DNA of 64,000 bases from an uncultured Actinomycetes bacterium (GCA_963709345.1 CAVPVX010000011.1:128001-192000); one strand, 5' to 3'; shown: positions 41,317 to 51,989, counted from the first letter of the stretch. Notes: generated by a model not told the origin, from the letters alone. Numbers and translations: made by a program.

Positions 41317-41348
41317 AACTCGCATCGCGCCCCTGTCAGGAGGACGGC

Positions 41349-42506
41349 ATGGAAGTAGAGATCGGCCGCGGCAAGAAGGGCCGTCGCGCCTACGGCTTCG
41401 ACGACATCGCCATCGTGCCCAGTCGGCGCACGCGCGACGCCGAGGACGTCGACATCACCTGGGATCTCGGCGAGCACACGCTGCCGCTGCCCTGCCTCGC
41501 CAGCGCCATGGACGGCGTGGTCGACCCGAGGTTCGCCGTCACGATGGGCAAGCTCGGCGGTCTCGCGGTGCTCAACCTCGAGGGCGTGCAGACGCGCTAC
41601 GAGAACGCCGACGAGCAGCTCGACCGTATCGCGTCGCTCCCCAACGAGACGGCGACGCGCACGCTGCAGGAGATCTACAGGGAGCCGATCAAGGCGGAGC
41701 TGGTCGCGAAGCGTGTCGCGGAGATCAAGGACGGCGGCGTGCTGGCGGCGGCCTCTCTCACGCCGCAGCGCGTGGAGAAGTACTACCAGGTCGCGCTCGA
41801 GGCCGGCCTCGACGTGCTCGTGATCCAGGGCACCGTGGTGTCCGCCGAGCACGTGAGCACCAGGGTCGAGCCGCTCGACCTGCGGAAGTTCATCGCCGAG
41901 TGCCCGGTGCCGGTGATCGTCGGCGGCGTGGCCAGCTACGCGACCACGCTGCACCTCATGCGCACCGGCGCCGTCGGCGTGCTCGTGGGCGTCGGCCCGG
42001 GCCACGCCTGCACGACGCGCGGCGTGCTCGGCATCGGCGTGCCGCAGGCGACGGCGATCGCCGACGCCGCGGCGGCGCGCGTCCAGCACGTGCTCGAGAC
42101 CGGCGACTACTGCCACGTCATCGCCGACGGCGGCATGCGCACCGGCGGCGACGTCAGCAAGGCGATCGCCCTCGGCGCCGACGCCGTGATGATCGGCTCG
42201 CCGCTGGCCGCGGCCGCCGAGGCGCCGGGCCGCGGATACCACTGGGGCATGGCGACCTTCCACCCCGAGCTGCCGCGCGGCACGCGTGTCAAGGCCGGCC
42301 AGAAGGGCACCCTCCAGGAGATCCTCCTCGGTCCGGCGCACGAGAACGACGGCACCCGCAACCTGTTCGGCGCCCTGCGCACGAGCATGGCGACCTGTGG
42401 CTACGAGACGCTCACGTCCTTCCAGAAGGCCGAGGTCATGGTCGCCCCGGCGCTGATGACCGAGGGCAAGAAGCTGCAGAAGGAGCAGGACGTCGGTATG
42501 GGCTGA
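41349..42506 (+). CDS. guaB: IMP dehydrogenase family protein (GuaB3 type, no CBS)
   Basis: Motifs MEVEIGRGK, GVGPGHACTTR, IADGG, WGMAT. Confidence 0.9.
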   Translation: MEVEIGRGKKGRRAYGFDDIAIVPSRRTRDAEDVDITWDLGEHTLPLPCLASAMDGVVDPRFAVTMGKLGGLAVLNLEGVQTRYENADEQLDRIASLPNETATRTLQEIYREPIKAELVAKRVAEIKDGGVLAAASLTPQRVEKYYQVALEAGLDVLVIQGTVVSAEHVSTRVEPLDLRKFIAECPVPVIVGGVASYATTLHLMRTGAVGVLVGVGPGHACTTRGVLGIGVPQATAIADAAAARVQHVLETGDYCHVIADGGMRTGGDVSKAIALGADAVMIGSPLAAAAEAPGRGYHWGMATFHPELPRGTRVKAGQKGTLQEILLGPAHENDGTRNLFGALRTSMATCGYETLTSFQKAEVMVAPALMTEGKKLQKEQDVGMG

Positions 42507-42578
42507 GGCCCGGCCGGCGCCGGCCGGGCGAGGCCGCCCAGGCGGCCCCGCCCGGCTCCACCGATCGAAGGAGACGCC

Positions 42579-44135
42579 GTGGCGCACCGCACGCCGCAAG
42601 TCAAGGGGTTCGACACCGTCCTCGTGCTCGACTACGGGGCGCAGTACGGCCAGCTCATCGCGCGCCGCGTGCGCGAGTGCCGCGTGTATTCGGAGCTCAT
42701 CCCGCACGACGCGTCCATCGAGCGCATCAGGAGCTACGACCCCAAGGGCATCATCTTGTCCGGCGGCCCGGCCAGCGTGTACGTCGAGGATGCGCCCAAG
42801 GTGAACCCCGAGCTGTTCGAGCTAGGCGTACCGGTGCTCGGCATCTGCTACGGCGCCCAGGGCATCGCCCTCGAGCTGGGCGGCACAGTGGCGCGCACCG
42901 ACCTCAGCGAGTTCGGCAAGGCCACCCTCGCGGTGCACGGCAAGGGGCTGATCCTCGAGAGCATGCGCTCCGAGGAGCAGTGCTGGATGAGTCACCGCGA
43001 CAGCATCACCGCGGCGCCGCCCGGCTTCGATGTGCTGGCGTCCACGCAGGGCGCTCCCGTGGCCGCCATGGAAGACCGGGAGCGCGGCTTCTACGCCGTG
43101 CAGTTCCACCCCGAGGTGGTGCATACGCCCAAGGGTATGGACGTCCTGCGCAGCTTCCTCTACAAGGCGTGCGGCTGCGAGCCCGCGTTCACGCCTGAGG
43201 CGGTCGTCGAGGAGTCGATCAAGAAGATCCGCGAGCAGGTGGGCGACTCCAAAGCCATCCTTGGTCTCTCCGGCGGCGTCGACTCGTCCGTGGCTGCGCT
43301 GCTCATGTACCGCGCCATCGGCGACCGGCTCACCTGCGTCTTCGTCGACCAGGGCATGATGCGCATGCGCGAGGCCGATCGCGTGGTCGAGACCTTCTCC
43401 GGCACGTTCGGCATCCCGCTGGTCTCCGTCGACGCCAGCGACCGCTTTCTCGACAAGCTCGAGGGCGTCACCGAGCCCGAGCGCAAGCGCAAGATCATCG
43501 GCGAGGAGTTCATCCGCTGCTTCGAGGAGGAGGCGCGCAAGCTCACCGACGCGAAGTTCCTCGTGCAGGGCACCCTGTACTCGGACGTCATCGAGAGCGG
43601 CACCCGCCAGGCCGCCAAGATCAAGAGCCATCACAACGTCGGCGGGCTGCCCGAGAAGATGGATTTCGAGCTGGTCGAGCCGCTGCGCTGGCTCTTCAAG
43701 GACGAGGTCCGGGCGGTGGGCGAGGAACTGGGACTGCCGGAGCACATCGTCTGGCGGCAGCCGTTCCCGGGTCCCGGTCTCGCCATCCGCATCATCGGCG
43801 AGATCACACGCGAGCGCGTGGATGTGCTGCAGCGCGCGGACGCGATCGTGCAGGAGGAGATCCGCAAGGCCGGGCTCTACCGCGAACTCTGGCAGTGCTT
43901 CGCGATCCTGCCGGTCATCCGCAGCGTCGGCGTGCAGGGCGACGAGCGCACCTACGGCTACCCGATCGCCATCCGCGCCGTCACCAGCGACGACGCCATG
44001 ACCGCCGACTGGGCGCGACTGCCCTACGATCTGCTCGAGACCCTGGCCTCACGCATCATCAACGAGGTGCCCGAGGTCAACCGCGTCGTCTACGACATCT
44101 CGAGCAAACCGCCGAGCACGATCGAGTGGGAGTAG
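42579..44135 (+). CDS. guaA: GMP synthase
   Basis: Motifs [37 protein letters not shown]. Confidence 0.98.
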   Translation: MAHRTPQVKGFDTVLVLDYGAQYGQLIARRVRECRVYSELIPHDASIERIRSYDPKGIILSGGPASVYVEDAPKVNPELFELGVPVLGICYGAQGIALELGGTVARTDLSEFGKATLAVHGKGLILESMRSEEQCWMSHRDSITAAPPGFDVLASTQGAPVAAMEDRERGFYAVQFHPEVVHTPKGMDVLRSFLYKACGCEPAFTPEAVVEESIKKIREQVGDSKAILGLSGGVDSSVAALLMYRAIGDRLTCVFVDQGMMRMREADRVVETFSGTFGIPLVSVDASDRFLDKLEGVTEPERKRKIIGEEFIRCFEEEARKLTDAKFLVQGTLYSDVIESGTRQAAKIKSHHNVGGLPEKMDFELVEPLRWLFKDEVRAVGEELGLPEHIVWRQPFPGPGLAIRIIGEITRERVDVLQRADAIVQEEIRKAGLYRELWQCFAILPVIRSVGVQGDERTYGYPIAIRAVTSDDAMTADWARLPYDLLETLASRIINEVPEVNRVVYDISSKPPSTIEWE

Positions 44136-44259
44136 TATCGGCCGCAGGCGGATCACCGTCCGGTGCGCCGCAGGCTCACCGGACGATGACACGGGTAGGC
44201 TCGCTGCTCTGCGGCGCACCGCGGCGCGGAAGAAGCGAACGCAGGTCAGGCCACGACCC

Positions 44260-45048
44260 TCACCCTTGACTTGAGGCTGAGGGTCCGCCCGTTTCCGGCG
44301 TGACGCGCCCGCTCTCGACGGCGCTGAGGTAGACGACGACGAGGACGACGTCGGCGACGAACAGCACGACGCCCATCACCAGGCACTGGACGAGGAGGAT
44401 GGGGAGCGCCTGCAAGAGCGCCGGAGGCCGCGGCTGCCGGTGAGCAGTTGCGCCATCGTGTCGCCGGCCAGCGAGACCGTGAGCAGGACGAGCCCCGAGA
44501 CCAGGAACGCCGACCTCACGGTGCGCCACGAGAGGACGATGGCGCGGATGGGCCCGACGCCGGCGAGCACCACGATGTAGTCGGCGTACATCAGCGCCAG
44601 GTACAGCGCGAACAGCGCGATCACGACGACGGCGCCGAACTCGAGGTTGTCTCCGCCGAGAACGAGCGCGCCGACGGCCGCCGCGGCGATCGCCTGGAGG
44701 ATCGCTTCGAGGCCCAGCAGCCGCGCGAACTGGCGGAAGTCCGCCGCGCCGAGGTGGAACGGGCCGGTGAGCGAACGCACGTAGCCGGCCCGCAGCCACG
44801 TCTTCGTCACGATGAACGCGAGGAACAGCCCGGCGATCACGAGGCTCTGTGACGCCACGGCGTCGGCGAGCGCTCCCCGCGTGTTCTCCAGGATGCTCGG
44901 GGAACGCCGCCCGGCGGTACAACCACGCCGAGACGAGAGGCACCGCCACGTCGAGCGCGAACAGGCCGATGGCGAAGAAGACGACGTACTGACGGGCGCG
45001 GAGGACGGCGGTCACCCGCTGGGGGAGCGTGGGTCGGTCGCCGTTCAT
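44260..45048 (-). CDS. Hypothetical membrane protein with apparent frameshifts
   Basis: Hydrophobic segments alternate between the 44260-45048 and 44376-44858 frames. Confidence 0.5.
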   Translation of the reverse strand: MNGDRPTLPQRVTAVLRARQYVVFFAIGLFALDVAVPLVSAWLYRRAAFPEHPGEHAGSARRRRGVTEPRDRRAVPRVHRDEDVAAGRLRAFAHRPVPPRRGGLPPVRAAAGPRSDPPGDRRGGRRRARSRRRQPRVRRRRRDRAVRAVPGADVRRLHRGARRRRAHPRHRPLVAHREVGVPGLGARPAHGLAGRRHDGATAHRQPRPPALLQALPILLVQCLVMGVVLFVADVVLVVVYLSAVESGRVTPETGGPSASSQG

Positions 45049-45137
45049 CGACGGGGAGTATATCCCGAGTGTGGTCCCGCCGGGCCGCCGGACGACCCAC
45101 CGAATGCACCATCTCCGGCAGCGGGTATCATGAGTCC

Positions 45138-45960
45138 ATGAGGCTCTCGCGCCGCACGCTGCTCTTTCTCGCCGCCAGCTGGGTCCTCGTGGTGCTCTAC
45201 CCGGACCCGACCCTGCTGGTGCGGAGCGTGCGCAACACCGTGTCGCCGAGCATCGACCCCACGGCCGTCGCCGCCCTCGCCGCCCGGCTCCCTGCCGACC
45301 CGGCGCTCATCGAGAGCTACGTCCTCGAGCGTCAGGTGCCGTACGCGTACGACTGGCAGTCGGCCGGCGTGCCGTGGTACTTCCCGACGACGGCCGAGGT
45401 CCTGCGCGCCGGTCGCGGCGACTGCGAGAGCCGGGCGCTGGTGTTCGCCGCGATCCTCACGGCCAAGGGCATCCCCAACGAGCTGCGCGTGAGCCTCGAT
45501 CACATCTGGGTCGACTACCCGGGCAAGCAGGCGAACGCGATGGAGAACGCCGGTGTCGAGCTCGCCGGACGGCGCGACGGCCGCTTCTTCCTGCGCTGGC
45601 CCTCAGACTTCGACCTCGGCCGGGAGGTCGCCGACCAGGTCGCGATCTACTGGACGCCGGCCCCGGCCGTTCGCGTGGCTGCTGCTCGTCGCCGGCCTCT
45701 CGCTCATCGCGCTGTGGAACGTCATCGCGGCGCTGCTCGGCGGCGGGCCGGCTCTGCCGGCGAGCGCGCCGCTGGGGAGGGCGACCGGCGGGACTCGGCG
45801 CTCGGTCGCGGGAGGCGGCGGCCGGCGGCCGTGGCCACGCCGGCTTGGCCGCGCGGCCGCAGCGGGTGTAGCCTCTGGCGACGTCGGCCGCGGACCTCGG
45901 CGCGACGCCTCGGCCCGGCGGCCGCGGCACGCGCCCGTACGACGTCAGCCCAACGCGCGA
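45138..45960 (+). CDS. Transglutaminase-like membrane protein (frameshift near 45670; end uncertain)
   Basis: PTTAEVL..GRGDCES.A...HIWV Cys/His motif and an N-terminal TM segment. Confidence 0.55.
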
Positions 45961-45970
45961 AGGAGACCGC

Positions 45971-47013
45971 ATGGACCCGATCGACCTGCGCAGCGACACC
46001 GTCACCCGGCCGTCGCCGGCGATGCGGAGCGCGATGCTGGAGGCCGAGGTCGGCGACGACGTGCTCGGCGACGACCCGACGGTCATCGCCCTGCAGGAGT
46101 ACGCCGCCGAGCTGCTCGGCAAGGAGGCCGGCCTCTTCTTCCCGTCGGGCACCATGTGCAACCAGGCGGCGCTGCGCGCGCTCACGCGGCGCGGCGACGA
46201 GGTGTTCCTGCACGCGCAGGCGCACATCATCTTCTACGAGCAGGGCGCGGCGGCGGCGCTCAGCCAGCTCCAGCTCCGCGTCTTCGACTCGCCCGACGGC
46301 ACGCTCGACCTCGAGAAGATGGACGAGTACGTGCACACCGACGCCGACGTGCACTGGGCGCCGACGCGTCTCGTCTGCCTGGAGCAGACGCACAACCACT
46401 GCGGCGGCGTCGTCCTGCCGCTCGAGCACATCCTGGCCGTGCGCGAGCTCTGCGACCGGCACGGCCTCGCCATGCACCTCGACGGCGCCCGGCTGTTCAA
46501 CGCCTCGGCGGCGAGCGGCGTCGGCGCGGCGGAGTACGCCGCGCCGTTCGACACGGTGAGCATCTGCCTGTCGAAGGGTCTCGGCGCGCCGGTCGGCTCC
46601 GTGCTCGTCGGCGACGCGGCGACGCTGCGCCAGGCCGCGCGCGCCCGCAAGATCTACGGCGGCGGGATGCGCCAGGCCGGCATCGTCGCGGCCGCCGGCC
46701 TCCACGCGCTGCGAGCACAACGTCGACGCGGCTCGCCGACGACCACCGCCGCGCGCGCCGCCTCGCCGAGGGGCTGGCGGCGCTCCCCGGCCTCGACGTC
46801 GACCTCGCGAAGGTGCAGACGAACATGGTGTTCGCCGGGACCAGCGGGACGGGGATGCCGGCCGCCGCGCTCGTCGAGCGGCTCGCCGCCCACGGCGTGC
46901 TGTGTCTCGACGAGGCGCCCTGGTCGGTGCGCTTCGTCACGCACCTGGACGTCGACGACGACGGTGTCGAGGCGGCGGTCGCCGGCGTCACCGCCGTCCT
47001 CGCCGCCGGCTGA
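45971..47013 (+). CDS. ltaE: Low-specificity L-threonine aldolase (two apparent +1 insertions near 46711-46727)
   Basis: Motifs [45 protein letters not shown]; the C-terminal TNMV...RFVTHLDV lies in another frame. Confidence 0.88.
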
Positions 47014-47103
47014 CGGCCGTCCCGGGCGTTGGAGCCGTGTGCGCCGCCCGAGGCCGTGACTGCTGGCCTGCGGCGCCGGGACGGCATAGACTGCGGCAAC
47101 CGA

Positions 47104-47117
47104 CCCACCCGGGTGGG
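47104..47117. promoter_or_regulatory. Candidate TetR operator 1 (perfect palindrome CCCACCCGGGTGGG)
   Basis: Just downstream of the -10-like TAGACT (47087-47092) of the tetR gene; a near copy lies at 47994. Confidence 0.55.
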
Positions 47118-47198
47118 CGCCTCTTCGTGCCTTCCGTGAGGCGGGCGAGGCGGCGCGAAGGGCGCACGAGGTACCGCGGTGGAGACGGGTGAGTTCAC

Positions 47199-47882
47199 AT
47201 GAGTCGATCCGACAGGGACAAGCAATCGGGGAAGCTGCAGTCGCCGTTCGCGGACCCGGTCGCGAGCCTTCCGACCACCGCGCAGAAGATCCTCGCGGCC
47301 GCCACAGGCCTGCTGGCCGAGGGCGGGTACGCCGCCGTCACGCTGGAGAACGTCGCCGCCGAGGCGGGGGTCAACAAGGCGTCGATCCGCTACAACTTCG
47401 GCAACAAGGCCGGTCTGATGATGGCCGTGGCCGACGCGCTCATCCACGATGAGTGCCTGCGCATCGTCGCCGACGTCGAGGGAGTCTCCGAAGAGGAGCA
47501 GTTGCACGCGGCGATGGAGGGCATCCGCGGCATGATCGTCGAGGCCGATTCCCTCCAGGGGTGGTTCGACATCCTGCCTCACGCCTTCCGCGATCCGGAT
47601 CTGCGCACGCGCATGTTCGCCCTGTATCCGTGGTGGTACGAGCAGAACCTCAAGTGGCTCGGGCTGCACCGCCCCGGCTACGAGGACAACGAGATCCTGG
47701 TGGGGCTGTCGGAGCTCATGGCCGCCATCCCCGACGGGCTGTCCGCTCAGGCGGCGCTGGATCCCGAGCACTTCGACCTCGCCCGGCCGCTGGCCGTTCT
47801 GGAGCTCCTGCTGCGGAATTCCATGGACCAGCTGCGGCAGGTCGCCGACGCCGTCGCTCGGGAAGAGGCCGCCGCGTCCTGA
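47199..47882 (+). CDS. TetR family transcriptional regulator
   Basis: HTH motif KILAAATGLLAEGGYAAVTLENVAAEAGVNKASIRYNFGNK. Confidence 0.92.
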   Translation: MSRSDRDKQSGKLQSPFADPVASLPTTAQKILAAATGLLAEGGYAAVTLENVAAEAGVNKASIRYNFGNKAGLMMAVADALIHDECLRIVADVEGVSEEEQLHAAMEGIRGMIVEADSLQGWFDILPHAFRDPDLRTRMFALYPWWYEQNLKWLGLHRPGYEDNEILVGLSELMAAIPDGLSAQAALDPEHFDLARPLAVLELLLRNSMDQLRQVADAVAREEAAAS

Positions 47883-47962
47883 GCCGTGGCTCGAGGGGGC
47901 GGCGACGCCCTGCTCCTCGAGCCGGTGAGCGCGGCGTTCGCCTGACCGGTCTACCGTGGTAC

Positions 47963-48007
47963 TTGACAAGACCCCGGCGGTCGCTATTCTCAATCCACCC
48001 AGGTGGG
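47963..48007 (+). promoter_or_regulatory. Sigma70-type promoter of the mtb/mtt operon with candidate operator 2
   Basis: TTGACA-16 nt-TATTCT, followed by TCCACCCAGGTGGG over the predicted +1. Confidence 0.65.
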
Positions 48008-48084
48008 TATCGGAGGGGAAGGTTGACCCCGTTGCGCCCCCGCGACCGACCCGCCACGGGAATCCGGCTGGAAGGGGGTGGGAG

Positions 48085-49503
48085 TTGAGTTCCGTCGTCA
48101 CACGTATGGGGGACGGCAGCACCGTCCACCTGACCCGCGACGAGATCCGCAGGGATGTCGCCGAGGGATCCGAGGCGGCTGCCGTCAAGGCGAAGGTCCC
48201 GGTCCTCGACGAGAACGAGGTCGACTATCTCGTCGACATGTTCTGCTGCCCCAGCAGGGTGTGGGGCGTCGAGCGCGGCCACGAGGCCGTCATGACGAAG
48301 GACGGTGGCACCAACACGCTGATCTCGTCGCGGTTGTCGAGCGGCATCGCCGCGCCGATCGGCCGCGAGACGGCGGTGCGCCTCTTCGAGCGCGCCTTCG
48401 CTTACGACTCGATGGAGGTCGGCCACATCGACTACTCCGTCAAGCCGAGCAAGTTCATCGTCAGCGTCGAGCAGGAGCATATGGAACTCCTGCAGCACAC
48501 GACCGATCTTCCCGCTCTTCTACGGCTTCATGCCGAATCTCGGCCTGTACTACCGTCCGGACGGCCAGTTCGCGAACCCGTCGGACCTGCTGCCGCTGGC
48601 CAAGATCGACGAGGCGCGGCGGACGCAGGAGGAGGCTCTGGAGGCGTGCCACGACGACGTGGTCTGGCAGAGCAGGATGTTCTGTCGAGACGGGCGCCGA
48701 CGGCATCAACTACGACACGGTGGCGTCCACGGGCGACGCCGAGTTCCTCGCCACGCTGCGCGCCACCGAGGTCATCTCATCCACGACCGACATGCCGGTC
48801 GAGGTGAGCATGGCGGCCGAGATGGTCCTCGGGTTTCACGGAGAACTTGAGTACCGGGGCACCCGGCTCGCCGGTCTCTGGCCGCACCAGCAGATGAAGC
48901 TCGTCGAAGATGCCGGGGCGGCGATCTTCGGCCCCGTCGTCAACAACAACAGCAAGAAGTCGTGCGCCTGGAACGTCGCCCGTGCGGTGACGTTCGTCAA
49001 GGCGTGCACCGCGCGAGGCGAGGATCCCCATCCACCCCAACGTCGGCAACGGCGTGGGCGGCGTGCCCATGTTCGAGGTCTCGCCGATGGACATGGTGAG
49101 CCGGGCCAGCGCCGCGATGATCGAGGTCGGCAAGGCCGACGGGTTGTAGGTGGGCACCGGCGACCCGAACGGCATGGGCATGGCACACGCGCTCGCCTCG
49201 TCGATGGGTGGCATCAAGACCGCCGGAGATCTGGTGGCCAGGATGCAGCTCAACGAGAAGATGAGGCTGACGGAGGCAAAGCAGTACGTCGCCGACAAGC
49301 TCGGCGTCAGCGTGTTCGACCTGTCCGATTCGACCGTCATGCGCACCGTGCGCGAAGACTTCGACATCGGCGTCGTGACCGCGGTGCCGGGGCTGGCGAA
49401 GGGGCTCGAGGCCAAGGCCCGTATCGCCGACCTGCTCGGCATCAGGATCAACAGCGTCGAGCGGCTCAAGGCCAAGACGGGCTTCGGCGCGCTCCTGGAC
49501 TGA
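48085..49503 (+). CDS. mtbB: Dimethylamine:corrinoid methyltransferase MtbB copy 1, pyrrolysine TAG at 49147-49149; three apparent +1 insertions (~48506, ~48684, ~49013)
   Basis: Motifs [42 protein letters not shown] and ADGL-TAG-VGTGDPNGM, equivalent to MtbB VDGI-O-IGVGDP. Homology continues past the TAG ([18 protein letters not shown]). Confidence 0.88.
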
Positions 49504-49546
49504 CCCCGGGGCGTCTGCGCGACGCCGCCTCCGGAAGGAGACCCGT

Positions 49547-50173
49547 ATGAACGACCAGCTCAAGCAGGCCATCATCGCCGGCGACGCCGACGTGGCCACC
49601 GCGCTCACCACGGCGCTCCTCGCCACCGGGGCCACGGCGCGGGAGATCCTCGACTCCGCCCTGCTCCCCGGCATGGAGGTCGTCGGCACGCGCATGCGTG
49701 ACGGCGAGTGCTTCATCCCCGAGGTGCTGCTCTCCGCCCGCGTCATGCAGGCCTGCCTCGACCTGCTGCGCCCGCACATGGCCGCCGGCGACGAGGCCGG
49801 CGGCGGCGTGGTCGTGATCGGCACCGTCGAGGGCGACCTGCACGACATCGGCAAGAACCTCGTCGGCATGCTCCTGCAGGGGGCCGGCTTCACGGTCGTC
49901 AACCTCGGCACCGGGGTGACGGCGGCCGACTTCGTCGCCGCCGTCAAGGAGCACGCGCCGAAGATCATCGGCATGAGCGCCCTGCTCACGACCACCCTGC
50001 CGCACATGGCCGAGACGATCGCCGCGCTCAAGGCCGAGAGCCTGCGCGACTCCGTCAAGGTGATGGTCGGCGGCGCCCCGGTGACCGCCGCCTACGCCGA
50101 CGAGATCGGCGCCGACGGCTACGGCGCCAACGCCGGCATGGCGGTGGAGCGGGCGAAGGAGCTGGTGGCATGA
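49547..50173 (+). CDS. Methyltransferase corrinoid protein (MtbC/MttC/MtgC family)
   Basis: Motifs FIPEVL, GTVEGDLHDIGKN (DxHxxG), MSALLTTT, VGGAPVT. Confidence 0.93.
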   Translation: MNDQLKQAIIAGDADVATALTTALLATGATAREILDSALLPGMEVVGTRMRDGECFIPEVLLSARVMQACLDLLRPHMAAGDEAGGGVVVIGTVEGDLHDIGKNLVGMLLQGAGFTVVNLGTGVTAADFVAAVKEHAPKIIGMSALLTTTLPHMAETIAALKAESLRDSVKVMVGGAPVTAAYADEIGADGYGANAGMAVERAKELVA

Positions 50174-50500
50174 CCAGCATGGCAGAAGGCATCTACGCAG
50201 AAGCAGCCGAGAGCATCGTAAGCGCAGACCGGGCGGCCGCCGAAGAGGTCGCGACGCGCGCCCTCGCCGACGTGCACGACATCGGCAAGGCGATCGTGAT
50301 CGCCTACCTCAAGGCCAACGGATTCGAGGTCACCGACCTCGGCCGCGACGTCAGCGCCGAGACCTTCATCGCGCGCGCCAAGGAGCAGAACGCCGACATC
50401 ATCGGCATGAGCGCGCTGGGCCGACCAGATCGGCGCCGACGCCTACGCCGAGGACGCCAACGACGGCGTCAAGAAGATGGACGCGCTGCTGGGCGTCTGA
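50170..50500 (+). pseudogene. Internally deleted second corrinoid protein
   Basis: The N-terminal helix jumps straight to DVHDIGK. After MSAL it jumps out of frame to WADQIGADAYAEDA...TGA. Confidence 0.8.
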
Positions 50501-50549
50501 GAGTCGTGCGGGGTCGGATCGGCCCGGATCGGAGAGTAGGGGTGGGCGG

Positions 50550-51989
50550 ATGACGGTGCGAGTGGAGTGGCTCACGGTCGCCGAGAGGGACGCCGTGTAC
50601 GCGGAAGCGGTCTCGATCCTCGAGCGCGTCGGCATGAAGATGCAGGGGGCCGCCGTGCTCCCGCTGCTGCGCGAAGCCGGCGCCGCCGTCGACGGGGCCT
50701 CCGGCGTCGTGCGCTTCCCTCCGGAGCTCGTGGCGAGCGCCGTCGCCGCGTGCCCGCGAGACGTCCTCATGGCCGGCGAGACGCCGGCCGGTGACGTGGT
50801 CCTGGACGGCTCGCGGACGTTCTTCAGCGTCAGCGGCTGCGCGGCCAAGACGCTCGATCCCGACACCGGCGCGGTGCGGCCGTCGACCCTCGACGATCTG
50901 CGCGCCGGCACGATCGTCCTGGAGGCCACGGCTGAGCTGGACGTCGTCTGGACCTTCGTCACCGCCACCGACGTGCCGCTGGAGCGGCGCGAGCTGGTCG
51001 AGTACCACACCTACCTCACCGAGACGTCCAAGCCGATGGTGTTCGTGGACTGTCCCAGCGACACGAGCCACGTGCGGCGCATCTTCGAGATCGTCTCCGG
51101 CGACCTCGCACGCTTCCGGGCCCGGCCGCGCATGTCCCTCCTGTGCGCCGCCCGGTCGCCGCTCGAGGTCAACGGTGAGCTGCTGGACGCGGCGGTGGAC
51201 TTCGCGTCGCTGGGAGCGCCGATCTGGGCGTACTCGATGCCCATCTCGGGAGCGACCGCTCCGGTCACGCCGGCCGGTACTCTGGCGCTGGTCTGGGCGG
51301 AGGTGCTCGGCATCATCACCGCCCTTCAGACGGCGGCCCCGGGGGCTCCCGTCGTCGCCTGCTGCGGCCCCGGCATCCTCGACATGCGGCATACGACCAT
51401 GTCTCTGGGCAACCTCGAGAGCACTCTGGTCGGCGCGGCGTCTACGGAGGTCGGGCACCACCTCGGGATCCCGGTACACAACTCCGGCCTGTCCACCGAT
51501 GCCAAGCACTGCGGCGTCCAGGCCGGGTATGAGAAGGGCCTCAAGGTAATGGCCGCCGTCGCCACGGGCGCGGACATCGTGAGCGGCGGATTCGGGTTCC
51601 TCGACTCGTCGAGCACCTTCAGCCTTCCCATGATCCCGGTGGACGCGGAGATCGCCGCCATGGCGCGACGCATGGCCGCGGGCATCGGCATCTCGCCGGA
51701 GACGTTCATGAGCGACTCGTTCCCGCGTGTCGGCATCGGCGGCGACTTCCTGCGTGAGAAGGCCACCAGGACGCGCATCCGCGGTGGCGAGCACTTCGTC
51801 CCGCGCATCGGCTCGAGGCTGCCCTTCGAGCAGTGGGCGAGCGAAGGTCGCACGGAGACGGACGCGGCGACCGTCGTCGTCCGCGCCGCGCTTGCCGCGC
51901 GCGCCGAGCGCGGGCCGCGGCTGACCGACGAGCAGCGTCGTGACCTCGCGGAGGTCTGCGGCGTCGAGCCGGGTGAACACCCGGCGTGA
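50550..51989 (+). CDS. Non-pyrrolysine MttB-superfamily methyltransferase
   Basis: GATAPVTPAGTL and LDMR motifs; GLS-TDAK...QAGYEK has Ser at the Pyl position; GGDFL. Confidence 0.85.
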   Translation: MTVRVEWLTVAERDAVYAEAVSILERVGMKMQGAAVLPLLREAGAAVDGASGVVRFPPELVASAVAACPRDVLMAGETPAGDVVLDGSRTFFSVSGCAAKTLDPDTGAVRPSTLDDLRAGTIVLEATAELDVVWTFVTATDVPLERRELVEYHTYLTETSKPMVFVDCPSDTSHVRRIFEIVSGDLARFRARPRMSLLCAARSPLEVNGELLDAAVDFASLGAPIWAYSMPISGATAPVTPAGTLALVWAEVLGIITALQTAAPGAPVVACCGPGILDMRHTTMSLGNLESTLVGAASTEVGHHLGIPVHNSGLSTDAKHCGVQAGYEKGLKVMAAVATGADIVSGGFGFLDSSSTFSLPMIPVDAEIAAMARRMAAGIGISPETFMSDSFPRVGIGGDFLREKATRTRIRGGEHFVPRIGSRLPFEQWASEGRTETDAATVVVRAALAARAERGPRLTDEQRRDLAEVCGVEPGEHPA

